Assembly (NCBI GenBank): GCA_045863235.1
Contig: BTUM01000001.1
Coordinates: 1 to 64,000, forward strand
DNA: 64,000 bases
Source: Candidatus Xenobia bacterium
GTDB lineage: Bacteria > Vulcanimicrobiota > Xenobia > Xenobiales > QWHO01
Direction of reading: 5' to 3'
The position numbers and the translations under genes are program-made. How positions within the stretch are numbered: the first letter of the stretch is position 1; each line of letters begins with the position of its first letter. This document shows, piece after piece, positions 39,789-50,045 of this stretch. The notes beneath the pieces were generated by a model. That model ran no database searches. It was not told the origin of the DNA and was given only the letters and a program-made list of their open reading frames with translations.

Positions 39789-41726
39789 TTGAGCCCCGTC
39801 GCTGAACCCACCGTCCGTCTCGATTCCCGCACCCCCCCAGGGCCTATGGCCGAGAAGTGGACGCACTTCAAGTCCCACGCTCGACTTGTGTCACCGGCCA
39901 ACAAGCGCAAGTATCACATCATCGTGGTGGGCACGGGCCTGGCCGGTGGGGCGGCCGCCGCCTCGCTGGCCGAGCTTGGCTACAACGTCAAGTCGTTCTG
40001 CATTCAAGACTCCGCCCGACGGGCCCACAGCGTGGCCGCTCAAGGCGGCATCAATGCCGCCAAGAACTACCAGAACGACGGCGACAGCGTTTTCCGGCTC
40101 TTCTACGATACCGTCAAAGGTGGAGACTTCCGCTCCCGCGAGTCCAACGTCCACCGTCTGGCCGAGCTGTCGGTCAACATCATCGACCAGTGCGTGGCCC
40201 AGGGCGTTCCTTTCGCACGCGAGTACGGCGGCCACCTGGCCAACCGCTCCTTCGGTGGGGCCCAGGTCTCGCGCACTTTTTACGCTCGTGGTCAGACCGG
40301 CCAGCAGCTGCTGTTGGGGGCCTACGGCGCCTTGATGCGCCAGGTTCACGCCGGTGGGGTCGAGATGTTCACCCGGCACGAGTTCCTCGACCTGGTGATC
40401 GTGGACGGGCGGGCCCGGGGCATCATCTGCCGCGATCTGGTCACAGGCAAGATTGAGCGCCATGTAGCCGACGCCGTGCTGCTCTGCACGGGTGGCTATT
40501 CGACCGTCTTTTATCTCTCCACCAACGCGGTCAACTGCAATGCGACCGCCATCTGGCGCTGTCACAAGCGAGGAGCGCTGTTTGCCAACCCCTGTTTCAC
40601 CCAGATCCACCCGACCTGCATCCCTCAAGTGGGCGATTCACAGTCCAAGCTCACCTTGATGAGCGAATCCCTGCGCAACGATGGGCGGGTCTGGGTGCCC
40701 CTGGCGGCTGGAGATAACCGGCCCGCCAACCAGATTCCAGAGCCAGAGCGCGACTACTTCCTCGAGCGCCGCTATCCGGCATTCGGCAACCTGGTACCGC
40801 GCGATATCGCTTCGCGGGCCGCTAAGGCGGTCTGCGACGAGGGACGCGGCGTGGGGTCCAGCAAGCGAGCCGTCTACCTCGATTTCGCCGAGGCCATCGA
40901 GAAACATGGCAAGCCGGTGGTCAAGGAGCGTTACGGAAACCTGTTCGCGATGTACGAGGAGATCACCGGGGAGGATCCGTACGAGCTGCCGATGCGCATC
41001 TACCCCGCTCCCCACTACACGATGGGGGGCTTGTGGGTAGATTACCACTTGATGAGCACCATTCCCGGGCTGTTCGTGCTGGGAGAGGCGAACTTCTCCG
41101 ACCACGGGGCCAATCGATTGGGCGCCAGCGCGCTGATGCAGGGGTTAGCCGACGGTTACTTCGTCATCCCTTACACGCTGGGTGATTACCTGGCCGGCCA
41201 CAAGGCCGGGGGGGTAACTGTCGACCACGAGGCCTTCTCGGAAGCCCAGCACGGGGTGGAGAACCAGGTCAAGCGCCTGCTCGAGATCAAGGGCTCAGCC
41301 ACAGTGCGCAAGCTGCACTGGGATTTGGGTCGAGTGATGTGGGACAGAGTCGGCATGTCGCGCGACGAGGCGGGCCTCAAGACCGCCATCGACGAGATCT
41401 CCGCCCTGCGCGAGGAGTTCTGGAAGAATGTCAAGGTATCGGGCAAGGGGGAGGATTTCAACAAGGATCTCGAGTTCGCCGGCCGGTTGGCAGACTATCT
41501 CGAGCTAGGTGAGCTGATGGCCCAGGACGCCCTGGTGCGCGAGGAGTCCTGCGGCGGCCACTTCCGGGTGGAGTACCAGACCGAGGAGGGTGAGGCTCGC
41601 CGCCAGGACGACAAGTTCATGTGCGCGCAGGCCTGGGAATGGACTGGAGACCCCAAGAAGTCGGTGCTGCACCGCGAGGAGCTGACCTTCGAGGAAGTCT
41701 CGCCCGGGCAGCGGAGCTACAAGTGA
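39789..41726 (+). CDS. sdhA: Succinate dehydrogenase / fumarate reductase flavoprotein subunit
   Basis: [21 protein letters not shown] (covalent FAD His), QIHPT, HYTMGGL, HGANRLG. Confidence 0.97.
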   Translation: MSPVAEPTVRLDSRTPPGPMAEKWTHFKSHARLVSPANKRKYHIIVVGTGLAGGAAAASLAELGYNVKSFCIQDSARRAHSVAAQGGINAAKNYQNDGDSVFRLFYDTVKGGDFRSRESNVHRLAELSVNIIDQCVAQGVPFAREYGGHLANRSFGGAQVSRTFYARGQTGQQLLLGAYGALMRQVHAGGVEMFTRHEFLDLVIVDGRARGIICRDLVTGKIERHVADAVLLCTGGYSTVFYLSTNAVNCNATAIWRCHKRGALFANPCFTQIHPTCIPQVGDSQSKLTLMSESLRNDGRVWVPLAAGDNRPANQIPEPERDYFLERRYPAFGNLVPRDIASRAAKAVCDEGRGVGSSKRAVYLDFAEAIEKHGKPVVKERYGNLFAMYEEITGEDPYELPMRIYPAPHYTMGGLWVDYHLMSTIPGLFVLGEANFSDHGANRLGASALMQGLADGYFVIPYTLGDYLAGHKAGGVTVDHEAFSEAQHGVENQVKRLLEIKGSATVRKLHWDLGRVMWDRVGMSRDEAGLKTAIDEISALREEFWKNVKVSGKGEDFNKDLEFAGRLADYLELGELMAQDALVREESCGGHFRVEYQTEEGEARRQDDKFMCAQAWEWTGDPKKSVLHREELTFEEVSPGQRSYK

Positions 41727-41736
41727 GGTACGCGGC

Positions 41737-42489
41737 ATGAGCATGAAAATCACCCTTCGCATCTGGCGCCAGGCCGGTCCGAACGCCCCCGGCAAGCTGG
41801 TGACCTACCCGATGGAGAGCGTGTCGCCGGAAATTTCCTTTCTGGAGATGCTCGATCAGCTCAACGAGCAGCTGATTGCCAAGGGACAAGACCCGGTGGC
41901 ATTTGATTCCGACTGCCGGGAAGGGATCTGCGGCACGTGCGGGCTGGTGATCGACGGGGTGGCCCACGGCCCGCGCCGCGGCTGCACCACTTGCGAATTG
42001 CGGATGCGCCACTACAAGAGCGGCGACAGTATCACCATCGAGCCCTTCCGGGCAGCCGGTTTTCCCATCGTGAAAGACCTGGTGGTGGACCGCTCCGCCT
42101 TCGACCGTATCATCCAGGCGGGCGGCTACGTGGCCGCCAACGCCGGCTCGGCGCCAGATGGCAACGCCATTCCGGTCGGCAAGGAGATCGCCGAGCAGGC
42201 CATGGACGTGGCTGCCTGCATCGGCTGCGGGGCCTGCGTGGCCGCCTGTCCCAACGCCTCGGCCAGCCTGTTTACTTCGGCCAAGGTCTCCCAGATGGCG
42301 CTCTTGCCTCAGGGTCACGCCGAGCGAAAGAGGCGGGTCTTGTCGATGGTGACCCAGATGGATGACGAGGGCTTTGGCGACTGCTCCAACCACGCCGAGT
42401 GCGAAGCCGTCTGTCCCAAGTCGATCTCCATCTTGAGCATCGCCCGGATGCGCCGCGAGTACGTGCTGGCGGCGCTCTTGTCTCACTAG
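41737..42489 (+). CDS. sdhB: Succinate dehydrogenase / fumarate reductase iron-sulfur subunit
   Basis: [35 protein letters not shown]. Confidence 0.97.
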   Translation: MSMKITLRIWRQAGPNAPGKLVTYPMESVSPEISFLEMLDQLNEQLIAKGQDPVAFDSDCREGICGTCGLVIDGVAHGPRRGCTTCELRMRHYKSGDSITIEPFRAAGFPIVKDLVVDRSAFDRIIQAGGYVAANAGSAPDGNAIPVGKEIAEQAMDVAACIGCGACVAACPNASASLFTSAKVSQMALLPQGHAERKRRVLSMVTQMDDEGFGDCSNHAECEAVCPKSISILSIARMRREYVLAALLSH

Positions 42490-42500
42490 CTTCGTCCCCA

Positions 42501-42557
42501 TCCCTTTTGAACCGCGGAGCCGCTGATTCTGTCACGGTCTCGGCGGTTTGAAGGGAC
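42501..42557. terminator. Long hairpin between convergent sdhB and the CHAT gene
   Basis: TCCCTTTTGAACCGC..GCGGTTTGAAGGGA imperfect stem. Confidence 0.5.
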
Positions 42558-42613
42558 GGATTTACCTGATCTGAGCCAGCGTCAAGGCGACCAGAACCTC
42601 CAGTCCTGTTCAG

Positions 42614-45600
42614 TTAACGCCAGTCCCCAATCAGGATGAACGGTGCCCAGTAGAACGGGTGGCTGTAGCGCTCTTGCTTCAGGAGGGACACCTGGGCCGC
42701 CTGCAAAGCGGCCGCTTTGGACTTCCCGGCCTTCAAGTTCTGGTAGAACACCACCATCAGGTCGCGGGTGGAGTTGTCCTCCACCTTCCACAGGCTGGCC
42801 ACCATGCTGCGACAGCCGGCGAAGCTAAAGGCGTCCGCCAGGCTGCGCAGGTCTGAGCCGTCCTGGCTGCCGCCTCGTTCGGCCAGGGCGGTCTGGCAGG
42901 CCGACAGGGTGACCAGGTTCAGGTCGCCGCCTTCCGAGTCGAGTCGGGAGTTGGTGATGTCGGTGACGCTCAGCTTGCCGCCTTTGGCCAGGGTCAGGTA
43001 GCTCGCGCGCGGGTCCTGTGGGTTGAGGTTCCCGTGGGTAGCCAGATGCAGGTAGCTGACCCTGGGCGCCTGGACCCCGTCGAGCTTATCCGAGGTGGCT
43101 TGCCCTTCCACGTAGATGGCCGAGCCGGGAAAGATGTCGGCCAGCGCCTTCACTTCCTGGGTGGCTGCCGCCAGACTGCCATCGGGGTTCCCGAAGGCGA
43201 CGAGGGAGCCGTTTTTGTTCGAAGGAGGGCCGAAAATCTGATCCAGGTCGGCGGCCTTGGAGAGCACCACCACCTGCATCTTCTCTACCAGGAAGGTGGG
43301 GCTGCCGTCCGGCCCCTCGGCCATGAGGGCCTGGAAGGGAAGGTAGACCAGGCTGCCATAAGGCACGAAAGCCACCGCCTCCTTGCCGGCCAGATCGGGC
43401 TCGATGGGCTTGACGATGCTCTGATAGAGCCCACCCAGTGACTGCTTGAGGACAGCCGCCTCGGGTCCCTTCCAGCTGAAGGCGCCCGGGTTGCGAGAGT
43501 GGGCCGTGACCTGGCTGCGAAAGGTAGCTGTCAGCTGGTCGAGCTCGCTCTTTTTGACCGCGACCTTGCGTACCAGCAGGTTGTCCTTCGTGGCTTCCAG
43601 CAAGTAGAGCTCGTCCTCGGTGGGGAAGAGCAGCACCACCAGTGTGTTGGCGGGAATGGCTCGTTGCAGCTTGGAGAAGTTGATGGGCTTGATGTCCAGC
43701 TTCTGGAAAGCGGGATACTTCTTCTCCAGGTCCGTCACCGTTTGATAGTAACTCTGCCGACTCTGGGCCAGAAGTTGCGAGACCTTCTGGATCTGGTCGG
43801 TCGAGGCGTTCTTGCTCTTGAGGTTGGCCAGCTCTTTCTCTTGAGCCTGAATGGCCAGCTTCTGCTCGTTGGCCCGGGTGACCAGGGACTGGTCCTCCGA
43901 GCGCATCTTGCCCCGCAGGTCGTCCATGCTGAAGGTGCCGGCCGTCTCGAGCTGCTGGAGACGGCCGATGGTTCCGAAGGCGTCGCTGCCCTTACCCTGC
44001 TCGAGCTGGGCCTTGGCCATGGACTCGTAGAGGTCGCTGGCGAACAATCGGATGTAGTCTGCCGATTCAGAGCCGCCGCCGATGTCGCGGATGTACTCCT
44101 CCACGACGTCGATGGCCTTCTGGTAGTCGGCCACCGCCTCGGCGTGGCGACCTTGCGTTGAGCGCAGCTTGCCGCGACGGTAGTACATGCCGGCCTTGAC
44201 TCCGCGCATCTCGTTGACTGCAGGTTCCTGCAAAAAGCCGTTGATCAAGTCTTCCGAGCTTTTCTCCCAGTTCGCCGGCCGGGCTTTTTCAAAGTAGTCC
44301 AGCTGAGCCACGGTAATGTACTGAATCAACTCGAAGCTGTAGGCGCCAGCAGCCGACTCGGCCGCCTTGGCGAGTCGATCCTTGATGGTGGCGGCATCGG
44401 TCGCAGACAGCGAGCGTTCTTCGTTCTCGGCCAGGAGCTGCTCTGCTTGCAGAAGGTACATAGCGGCCAGCAGGGCGTTCGAGTCTCCGTGGTCGGCCGA
44501 GAGCTGGACGCCAGTCTCCTGCAGCAGGCCCGCATACATTCCTTGCACCTGGGTGTAGGCTTGTTGGCTGTCGCTGTGCAGCTTGAGGAGGTGTTTCTCA
44601 ACGTCCACGAGCTCCTGGCGGGCCTGAGCCAGGAGCTCTCCGCCACTCTCCTGATAGGCCGAGACGATCTTGAGCAGGGCGCGTATGACGGCCAGGCGAG
44701 ACTCGGGGTGGCTATCCATACTCTGAGCCATCTGGTAGAGAACCTGCAGGTCGCTCTGGACCAACTGCTGGATGCGTACATCCTCGGAATCGCGCGCGGC
44801 GACCTGCTCGAGCCAGATGTCCCAGAAGGCTTCGCCCACCCAGAAAAGCTCGGTGGTGAGGGTGGGAGAAGGCTGCAGATTGTGCAGGTGGGCCCAGGTC
44901 TGATCGTGGCGCTGCTTGAGGACCTCGAACGACATCTTGGGGTTTTGTTGCAGCTCCAGCGAGAAGTTCCAGGAGCCGAGTAAGAATTGGGCCACCTGGC
45001 CGTACGTGCCGGGCACCTTGGAAACCAGCGCGCTGGCCGCCTGGATGTGGGGTCGGGCTTTGAGGGGGAGTCCGGCACCGATGGCGGCTCGAGCTGCCAG
45101 AAGCTCAGCAGCCAGCTGATTGGTGGGATCGCCTGCGCCGAACGCGATGAGCTCTTCGGCGAGGGGTAGCGCCTGGTTGGGTACGCCCATCCCGATCATT
45201 GCGGCGATGCTATAGCGCATCTGGCGGTGGAGTTTCTCGGGGGTGGGGTTGCGGGTGGCCAGCTTCTGGAGCAGCGAAACCGCATCCAGGTAATTGCCCA
45301 TACGCAGCAGGAAGACGACCAGCTCTTCCCCATCTCCGGGAGGCCCACCGGTCGTGGAGGGCGGGCCTCCCGTCTGGGGACTCCCGGGTCCTCGAGCCAG
45401 GGGGGTGCCCTGCCAGTGCTCATCGCCGAAGAGCAGGTCGAACTTGGCCAGGTACTGGGACAGGCTGGGGTCGTTCAAGCGAATCTCGAAGACCCGGGCG
45501 ATGATGTTGGCCAGTGCAGCACTGAAAGCTTGCTGCTCCTGGTTCATGCTCGAGTAGGTCATGGCCAGCTGTTGGAAGGTCTGGCCAGCCAGCTCGCGAT

Positions 45601-45754
45601 TCTGCTCGATGAGCGCTATCAGGTCGTCGATTCGCTCTTGCTCGATCAGCGCAACCATTTGCTTGACGAAGCCCAGGGTCGGCGTTTCCTGAGAGCGAGC
45701 GTGGGGCGCCAGGGCGGCCAGGAAGAGCATCAGGACCAGGAACCGTCGGGCCAT
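42614..45754 (-). CDS. Secreted TPR-CHAT domain protein (caspase-like protease)
   Basis: Signal peptide MARRFLVLMLFLAALAPHARS after SD GGAGG; LPFQAL, LHLATHG and LVTLSACQT dyad, SLWKVED, HPFYWAPFILIG. Confidence 0.92.
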   Translation of the reverse strand: MARRFLVLMLFLAALAPHARSQETPTLGFVKQMVALIEQERIDDLIALIEQNRELAGQTFQQLAMTYSSMNQEQQAFSAALANIIARVFEIRLNDPSLSQYLAKFDLLFGDEHWQGTPLARGPGSPQTGGPPSTTGGPPGDGEELVVFLLRMGNYLDAVSLLQKLATRNPTPEKLHRQMRYSIAAMIGMGVPNQALPLAEELIAFGAGDPTNQLAAELLAARAAIGAGLPLKARPHIQAASALVSKVPGTYGQVAQFLLGSWNFSLELQQNPKMSFEVLKQRHDQTWAHLHNLQPSPTLTTELFWVGEAFWDIWLEQVAARDSEDVRIQQLVQSDLQVLYQMAQSMDSHPESRLAVIRALLKIVSAYQESGGELLAQARQELVDVEKHLLKLHSDSQQAYTQVQGMYAGLLQETGVQLSADHGDSNALLAAMYLLQAEQLLAENEERSLSATDAATIKDRLAKAAESAAGAYSFELIQYITVAQLDYFEKARPANWEKSSEDLINGFLQEPAVNEMRGVKAGMYYRRGKLRSTQGRHAEAVADYQKAIDVVEEYIRDIGGGSESADYIRLFASDLYESMAKAQLEQGKGSDAFGTIGRLQQLETAGTFSMDDLRGKMRSEDQSLVTRANEQKLAIQAQEKELANLKSKNASTDQIQKVSQLLAQSRQSYYQTVTDLEKKYPAFQKLDIKPINFSKLQRAIPANTLVVLLFPTEDELYLLEATKDNLLVRKVAVKKSELDQLTATFRSQVTAHSRNPGAFSWKGPEAAVLKQSLGGLYQSIVKPIEPDLAGKEAVAFVPYGSLVYLPFQALMAEGPDGSPTFLVEKMQVVVLSKAADLDQIFGPPSNKNGSLVAFGNPDGSLAAATQEVKALADIFPGSAIYVEGQATSDKLDGVQAPRVSYLHLATHGNLNPQDPRASYLTLAKGGKLSVTDITNSRLDSEGGDLNLVTLSACQTALAERGGSQDGSDLRSLADAFSFAGCRSMVASLWKVEDNSTRDLMVVFYQNLKAGKSKAAALQAAQVSLLKQERYSHPFYWAPFILIGDWR

Positions 45755-45835
45755 CAGTGCCGACCTCCGCAAAAGGACAGATTGCTGGGTCAGCTTCGTG
45801 CGCCTCGCCTCGCCTCCTGTGCCGATGATGAAAGA

Positions 45836-45857
45836 GGCCACCCGGTCAAGGGTGGCC
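45836..45857 (-). terminator. Intrinsic terminator downstream of the Gly/Gln-rich gene
   Basis: GGCCACCC-ttgacc-GGGTGGCC-TCTTTC. Confidence 0.55.
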
Positions 45858-45968
45858 GACCTGGAACCTGGACCAGAGGACCTGACGAGAATGTGCTTCT
45901 TGGCGCAAAGCCTGTCGATGCGCTTGATCTGGGGGTCTCTGCAAAGTTACGGGCCCAGACAGCCCCGT

Positions 45969-46418
45969 TTAGCGGCCGAGGAAGTTGCCAACCGTCCCCA
46001 GGAACATCGGGGCTCCGCCGCCCGGCCCGGCACCCGCCGTGGCGAATTGGCCGAAGTTGCCACCGAAAGCGTTGCCGAACATCGGGTTTTGCTGGCAGCC
46101 GCACATCTGGCCTTGCTGCCCACCCATCTGGCCACTGAGCAACTTGCCGACCATGTTCCCGAGCATGAAGCCCTTCAAGAAGTTGATCAAGGTCTTCATC
46201 TGCTGGCCCATCCGGCCCCCCTGCTGGAGGGGATTCTGGCCCTGCAGACCGTTTTGGCCGTTAACTCCGGCGCCGGCGATAGCTCCGGCTCCGGGGGCCC
46301 CGGCGCCAGCTGCGGCGACTGCCTGGGCGCCACCCGCTCCGGCAGCGGCGAATGCCTGGGCCGGCGGAGCGCCGTGGCCCGAAGAGCTCGACCACGAGGC
46401 CGACATCGCGAAAGACAT
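45969..46418 (-). CDS. Hypothetical Gly/Ala/Gln-rich protein (149 aa)
   Basis: ATG 46418 after GAGAGG; MSFAMSASW..QMCGCQQNPM; TACAAT -10 at 46479-46474. Confidence 0.65.
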   Translation of the reverse strand: MSFAMSASWSSSSGHGAPPAQAFAAAGAGGAQAVAAAGAGAPGAGAIAGAGVNGQNGLQGQNPLQQGGRMGQQMKTLINFLKGFMLGNMVGKLLSGQMGGQQGQMCGCQQNPMFGNAFGGNFGQFATAGAGPGGGAPMFLGTVGNFLGR

Positions 46419-46608
46419 GGAGACCTCTCTGTGACTCATTGCTTCCACCCTTTCATCGTTCTTTATTGACCTCATTGTAGCCAGTCGGAAGGGAGGGATA
46501 AAAGGTGAGGTCTTTAACGAGATGTAAACTTTGTGAACAGGTGATGTCTGTTTGTTAAATTCGTCCGCACCGGTTGGTTCCAGGCCGGGCAAACCAGTCC
46601 CCGGGCTC

Positions 46609-47694
46609 GTGGTGCTGGTCCTGCTGACGGCGCTCTGGTTGGCGATGGTGAGCACGGTCACGGCCCATCGAGGCGAGCGCTCCACAGGTTCAGCTGTGCA
46701 CGACCAGGTGGGCCGAGCGCTTTTGACAAGGCTGGCGCGCATTGCCATCTTCGCGGGCTCCTTGACCGAGGAGCAGCGTCAACGCTGGCGCGAGCAGGTA
46801 TCCGGGCTGATGCCGGAGGGCCCAGAAAGGTCTTTGATCCAGGGGGTGAGACTGGCCCCCGAGGCCGTTCCAGAAGGCTGGTTCCGCGAGCTGGCTCGAG
46901 GCTTGGAGCCGTCCACCCAGAAGCCGGCAGCCGACCGCGACCTGTGGCTGCTGGCTGCCGGCTCGGCCTGGATTGCTGTCGGATTGGCGGGCGGCCTGAC
47001 GGTGGTGGGCTGGTGGCTGATCCGGGGTCGGCTTCGTCAATTACAGGACAGTTCTCCACCGCCACTCCAGCGGGCCTGGTTCCTCTTCGTCTCCTGGCAA
47101 CTGATGGCCATGCTCGTGACGCCGGCTCTGGTCGGGCTGGCCGGTCCGAGTGCAGGTATCAGAACCGGGGTTGCCGTTCAGTTAGCGCTCTACGCGCTGG
47201 GCTGGGCCATGATCCGATTCTTCACGGGCCCCCTTCACCCGACTCTGCGGGGGTTCGGGCAGGGTCTGGCCGCGTACTGGGTGGCCAGTCTGGGGGTGTG
47301 GACATCGGCACGTTTGATCGAGATGCTGACCGGCGAGCCTCTGGTTTCCGGTAACCCGGCCCTGGATATGTTCCGTGACCCGCAGCCGGGAGCACTGATC
47401 TGGCTGGGAGTCCTGGTCGTGCTGGCCGGGCCCTGGTTCGAGGAGCTGCTCTTTCGAGGCCTCGTCTATCGAGCCTTGCGCCCGGCGGCCGGGAGGTGGG
47501 GCGCGGCCGTGATCAGCGCGGCTCTGTTTGCCGTCGCCCACGGTGATCCGAGCGGGTTGTTGCCCTACCTGGTTCTCGGCATCATCTTTGCCCAAACCGT
47601 CGAGCTCACGGGTTCAGTTTTTCCAGCCTTTGTTGCTCACGGGCTCTTCAACGGACAGACGTACCTCTTGCTTTGCCTCCTGTCTGCAGGTTGA
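46609..47694 (+). CDS. CPBP (Abi/CAAX) family intramembrane metalloprotease
   Basis: EELLFRG, FAVAH, HGLFN motifs; multiple TM helices; start uncertain. Confidence 0.88.
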   Translation: MVLVLLTALWLAMVSTVTAHRGERSTGSAVHDQVGRALLTRLARIAIFAGSLTEEQRQRWREQVSGLMPEGPERSLIQGVRLAPEAVPEGWFRELARGLEPSTQKPAADRDLWLLAAGSAWIAVGLAGGLTVVGWWLIRGRLRQLQDSSPPPLQRAWFLFVSWQLMAMLVTPALVGLAGPSAGIRTGVAVQLALYALGWAMIRFFTGPLHPTLRGFGQGLAAYWVASLGVWTSARLIEMLTGEPLVSGNPALDMFRDPQPGALIWLGVLVVLAGPWFEELLFRGLVYRALRPAAGRWGAAVISAALFAVAHGDPSGLLPYLVLGIIFAQTVELTGSVFPAFVAHGLFNGQTYLLLCLLSAG

Positions 47695-47748
47695 AGAAAG
47701 CTCCTTCGTCGAAAGGCCAATCCGAATCGAGAGGGTGGAGGTTGGTTC

Positions 47749-48099
47749 TTGTCTTTCGCGTTCGTGGCGCGAACCATCCCGCTTCGCGGCCAGGAGACAC
47801 CGTTTCAGCGCATGGTCGGCAGTTTGAGTGTTGACGGCCTGGTTGTGCTCGACGAGCGGTTTTATATCACGCGTCAGCTGGTTGGGAACCTGCTCAGCCT
47901 GACTCTGCTGGGGCAGGTGCTCTACCCCACGCTCAAGCCGTCCCTGGCTCTGCACCTGGGTGCATTCGCCGGAGCCGGGAGACAGCACCCCCGAGTAGGT
48001 GCCGGCGAGGGCTATGTGCTGGAGGGCTCGGCGATCGCTCGGGGTTTTGCACATGGGATTGACGGGCTTCTGGGCCGCCCAAAGGACCCACAAAGCTGA
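47749..48099 (+). CDS. Hypothetical protein
   Basis: TTG start with SD GGAGG; fills the gap between flanking genes. Confidence 0.5.
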   Translation: MSFAFVARTIPLRGQETPFQRMVGSLSVDGLVVLDERFYITRQLVGNLLSLTLLGQVLYPTLKPSLALHLGAFAGAGRQHPRVGAGEGYVLEGSAIARGFAHGIDGLLGRPKDPQS

Positions 48100-48169
48100 G
48101 ACCGAACTTCGCCATGGGGGCGGAGCATTTGCCGGGAACGGCGAGAGAGCGGTTTTGGCGCGCGAGCAC

Positions 48170-49876
48170 TTGAAGACCGTCATTGTGGCGGCGGGCCCTC
48201 GCCAGCGCGGGGCCTTTGAGCGACTGCTGGACAACGGGCACGTCGAGGTGACGGACAGTTTTGCCAAAGTCCGTCGACGGCTCTCGCAGGGCGTGGACCT
48301 GGTGCTCTGGCCCGCATCCCGGGGCACGGAGCTGGTCAGCGAGTGTCGAGAAGCGGGTCTGACCGTCAGCTATCTCTACCAGCCTAGCTCGGAGGCCAGG
48401 GCCACGCTGTATCTGGGCCAGGCCAGAGTTGGCTCGCACAAGGAAGCCAATCGCTTTCTGGCCGATACCGGCCACTGGTGGGAGTTACGCGAGTCAGAAA
48501 CGGTTCTACACGAGCGCTATCGCAAGTTGCTCAACCGGCTGTCTGACGGCTATCTCGAGGTCGACGCACAGGATGTCATCCGCTGGGCCAATGCGGCTTT
48601 CCGAAGGGCGGTCGGACAGGAAATCGTGGAGGGCACGCCTCTGGAACAGGCGCTCGACCCCGACGATGCTCGCCGTTTGCGTACGCTTCGCCAGCAGCAT
48701 CATCAAGGCGTGGTCATTACCTTTCCCTTGCGGCTCTGCAACGGTCTGACGGTTGAAGTCGATCCCAGCCCGCGCTTTGACAGCGTCGGGACTTACCTGG
48801 GAGCGTCGCTGGTCTTGCGCGGACTCCAGGGCCAGGCCTCGGACCTGGAGCGGGGAAGGGATCTGTTCACGCTTTACTCGGTTGCCTCGGTTCTCACCGA
48901 GGCAAACAAGCTCTACGACGCTTTACAGGCGGTGGTACTGCGCATCCTGGAGTTGATGGGCCTGAGCGGAGGGGGGGTTTTTCTGGCCAGTCCGGGTGGA
49001 CTCGAGCTTCGCGTTCTGGCAGGCCTGGAGTTGGATCGGGTCGCCCTGGCGGCTCTGGCTGAGCTGGCTGCCGGAGTGAGCCAGAAGGCCCGAGTGCTGC
49101 GAGAGTTGCCGCCCGATGAGATGGTCGGAATGACGTTGGGTCGGGCCGGGCTGAAATCGGTCGCTCTTGTCCCACTGGTTCACTCGGGTGAGCAGATCGG
49201 AGTTCTCTGGGTGGTGGCCAGGGAGTCGCGTCGCTTGACTCGTGAGGTGGTCTCGCTGTTGATCTCGATTGCAGCTCAAACGGCGACCAGTATTGTCAAC
49301 CACCGCCACGTCGAGGCTCGGCTCGAGGAAGAGGCGAATCGGCGAAAGTTCTATCGCAACGCCCTGCAGGCAGTGACGAAGGGCAAGCTGATCGTCTGTG
49401 AGCGCCCGGAGGCCGAGGCCACCTGGAGGTCCGCCGGGGAGGATGCCGGCGAAATTGTCGTGGATACAACGGCGGACGTGCCCCGGGCTCGGGACCTGGT
49501 GGAAGCGGTTCTCAAGGCGGAGGGCTTCGCCGAGGACCGATGCTATGACCTGGCTCTGTGCACCTGCGAGGCGGCCGCCAATGTCATCAAGCACGCTAAC
49601 GGGGGCAGGGTCAGCATCCGGCAGGGTCCCGAGGCAGCCTTCGTGCGCATCGAGGACCAGGGACCGGGGATTGACTTTGCCCACCTGCCCGACGCCGTGC
49701 TGACCCCCGGGTTCTCCACCGCGCCTTCCCTGGGAATGGGGTACTCCATGCTGCTCGAACTGGCCGATCGGGTCCACCTGTCGACCGGCGAGGGAGGTAC
49801 CTGCTTGCTTCTGGAGGTGAGTCGCCAACAGGCCGACCCGCTCGACGCTTTCAGCGCCCTGCTCGAAGGGCTCTAG
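48170..49876 (+). CDS. PAS-GAF sensor with C-terminal RsbW/RsbT-like HATPase (anti-sigma/Ser kinase)
   Basis: PAS (DG.LEVD..IRWANAAF), GAF, CEAAANVIKHA, EDQGPGI, GFST..LGMG; start uncertain. Confidence 0.85.
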   Translation: MKTVIVAAGPRQRGAFERLLDNGHVEVTDSFAKVRRRLSQGVDLVLWPASRGTELVSECREAGLTVSYLYQPSSEARATLYLGQARVGSHKEANRFLADTGHWWELRESETVLHERYRKLLNRLSDGYLEVDAQDVIRWANAAFRRAVGQEIVEGTPLEQALDPDDARRLRTLRQQHHQGVVITFPLRLCNGLTVEVDPSPRFDSVGTYLGASLVLRGLQGQASDLERGRDLFTLYSVASVLTEANKLYDALQAVVLRILELMGLSGGGVFLASPGGLELRVLAGLELDRVALAALAELAAGVSQKARVLRELPPDEMVGMTLGRAGLKSVALVPLVHSGEQIGVLWVVARESRRLTREVVSLLISIAAQTATSIVNHRHVEARLEEEANRRKFYRNALQAVTKGKLIVCERPEAEATWRSAGEDAGEIVVDTTADVPRARDLVEAVLKAEGFAEDRCYDLALCTCEAAANVIKHANGGRVSIRQGPEAAFVRIEDQGPGIDFAHLPDAVLTPGFSTAPSLGMGYSMLLELADRVHLSTGEGGTCLLLEVSRQQADPLDAFSALLEGL

Positions 49877-50045
49877 CGCAAAATGTTGTGCGTCGCGCAG
49901 CTCAAGGGGGTATCAGCTGCGTTCTCAGGGAGGCGCGGCTGGAAAGGCCGTGCCCTCAAGCGCGCCAGAAAGGTTCTGTTCCCGCCAGGGCGAAGCACCG
50001 AAACGGTGCGGCGCGACCGTACGACTTCAGCAGCGGGTGACTTTG

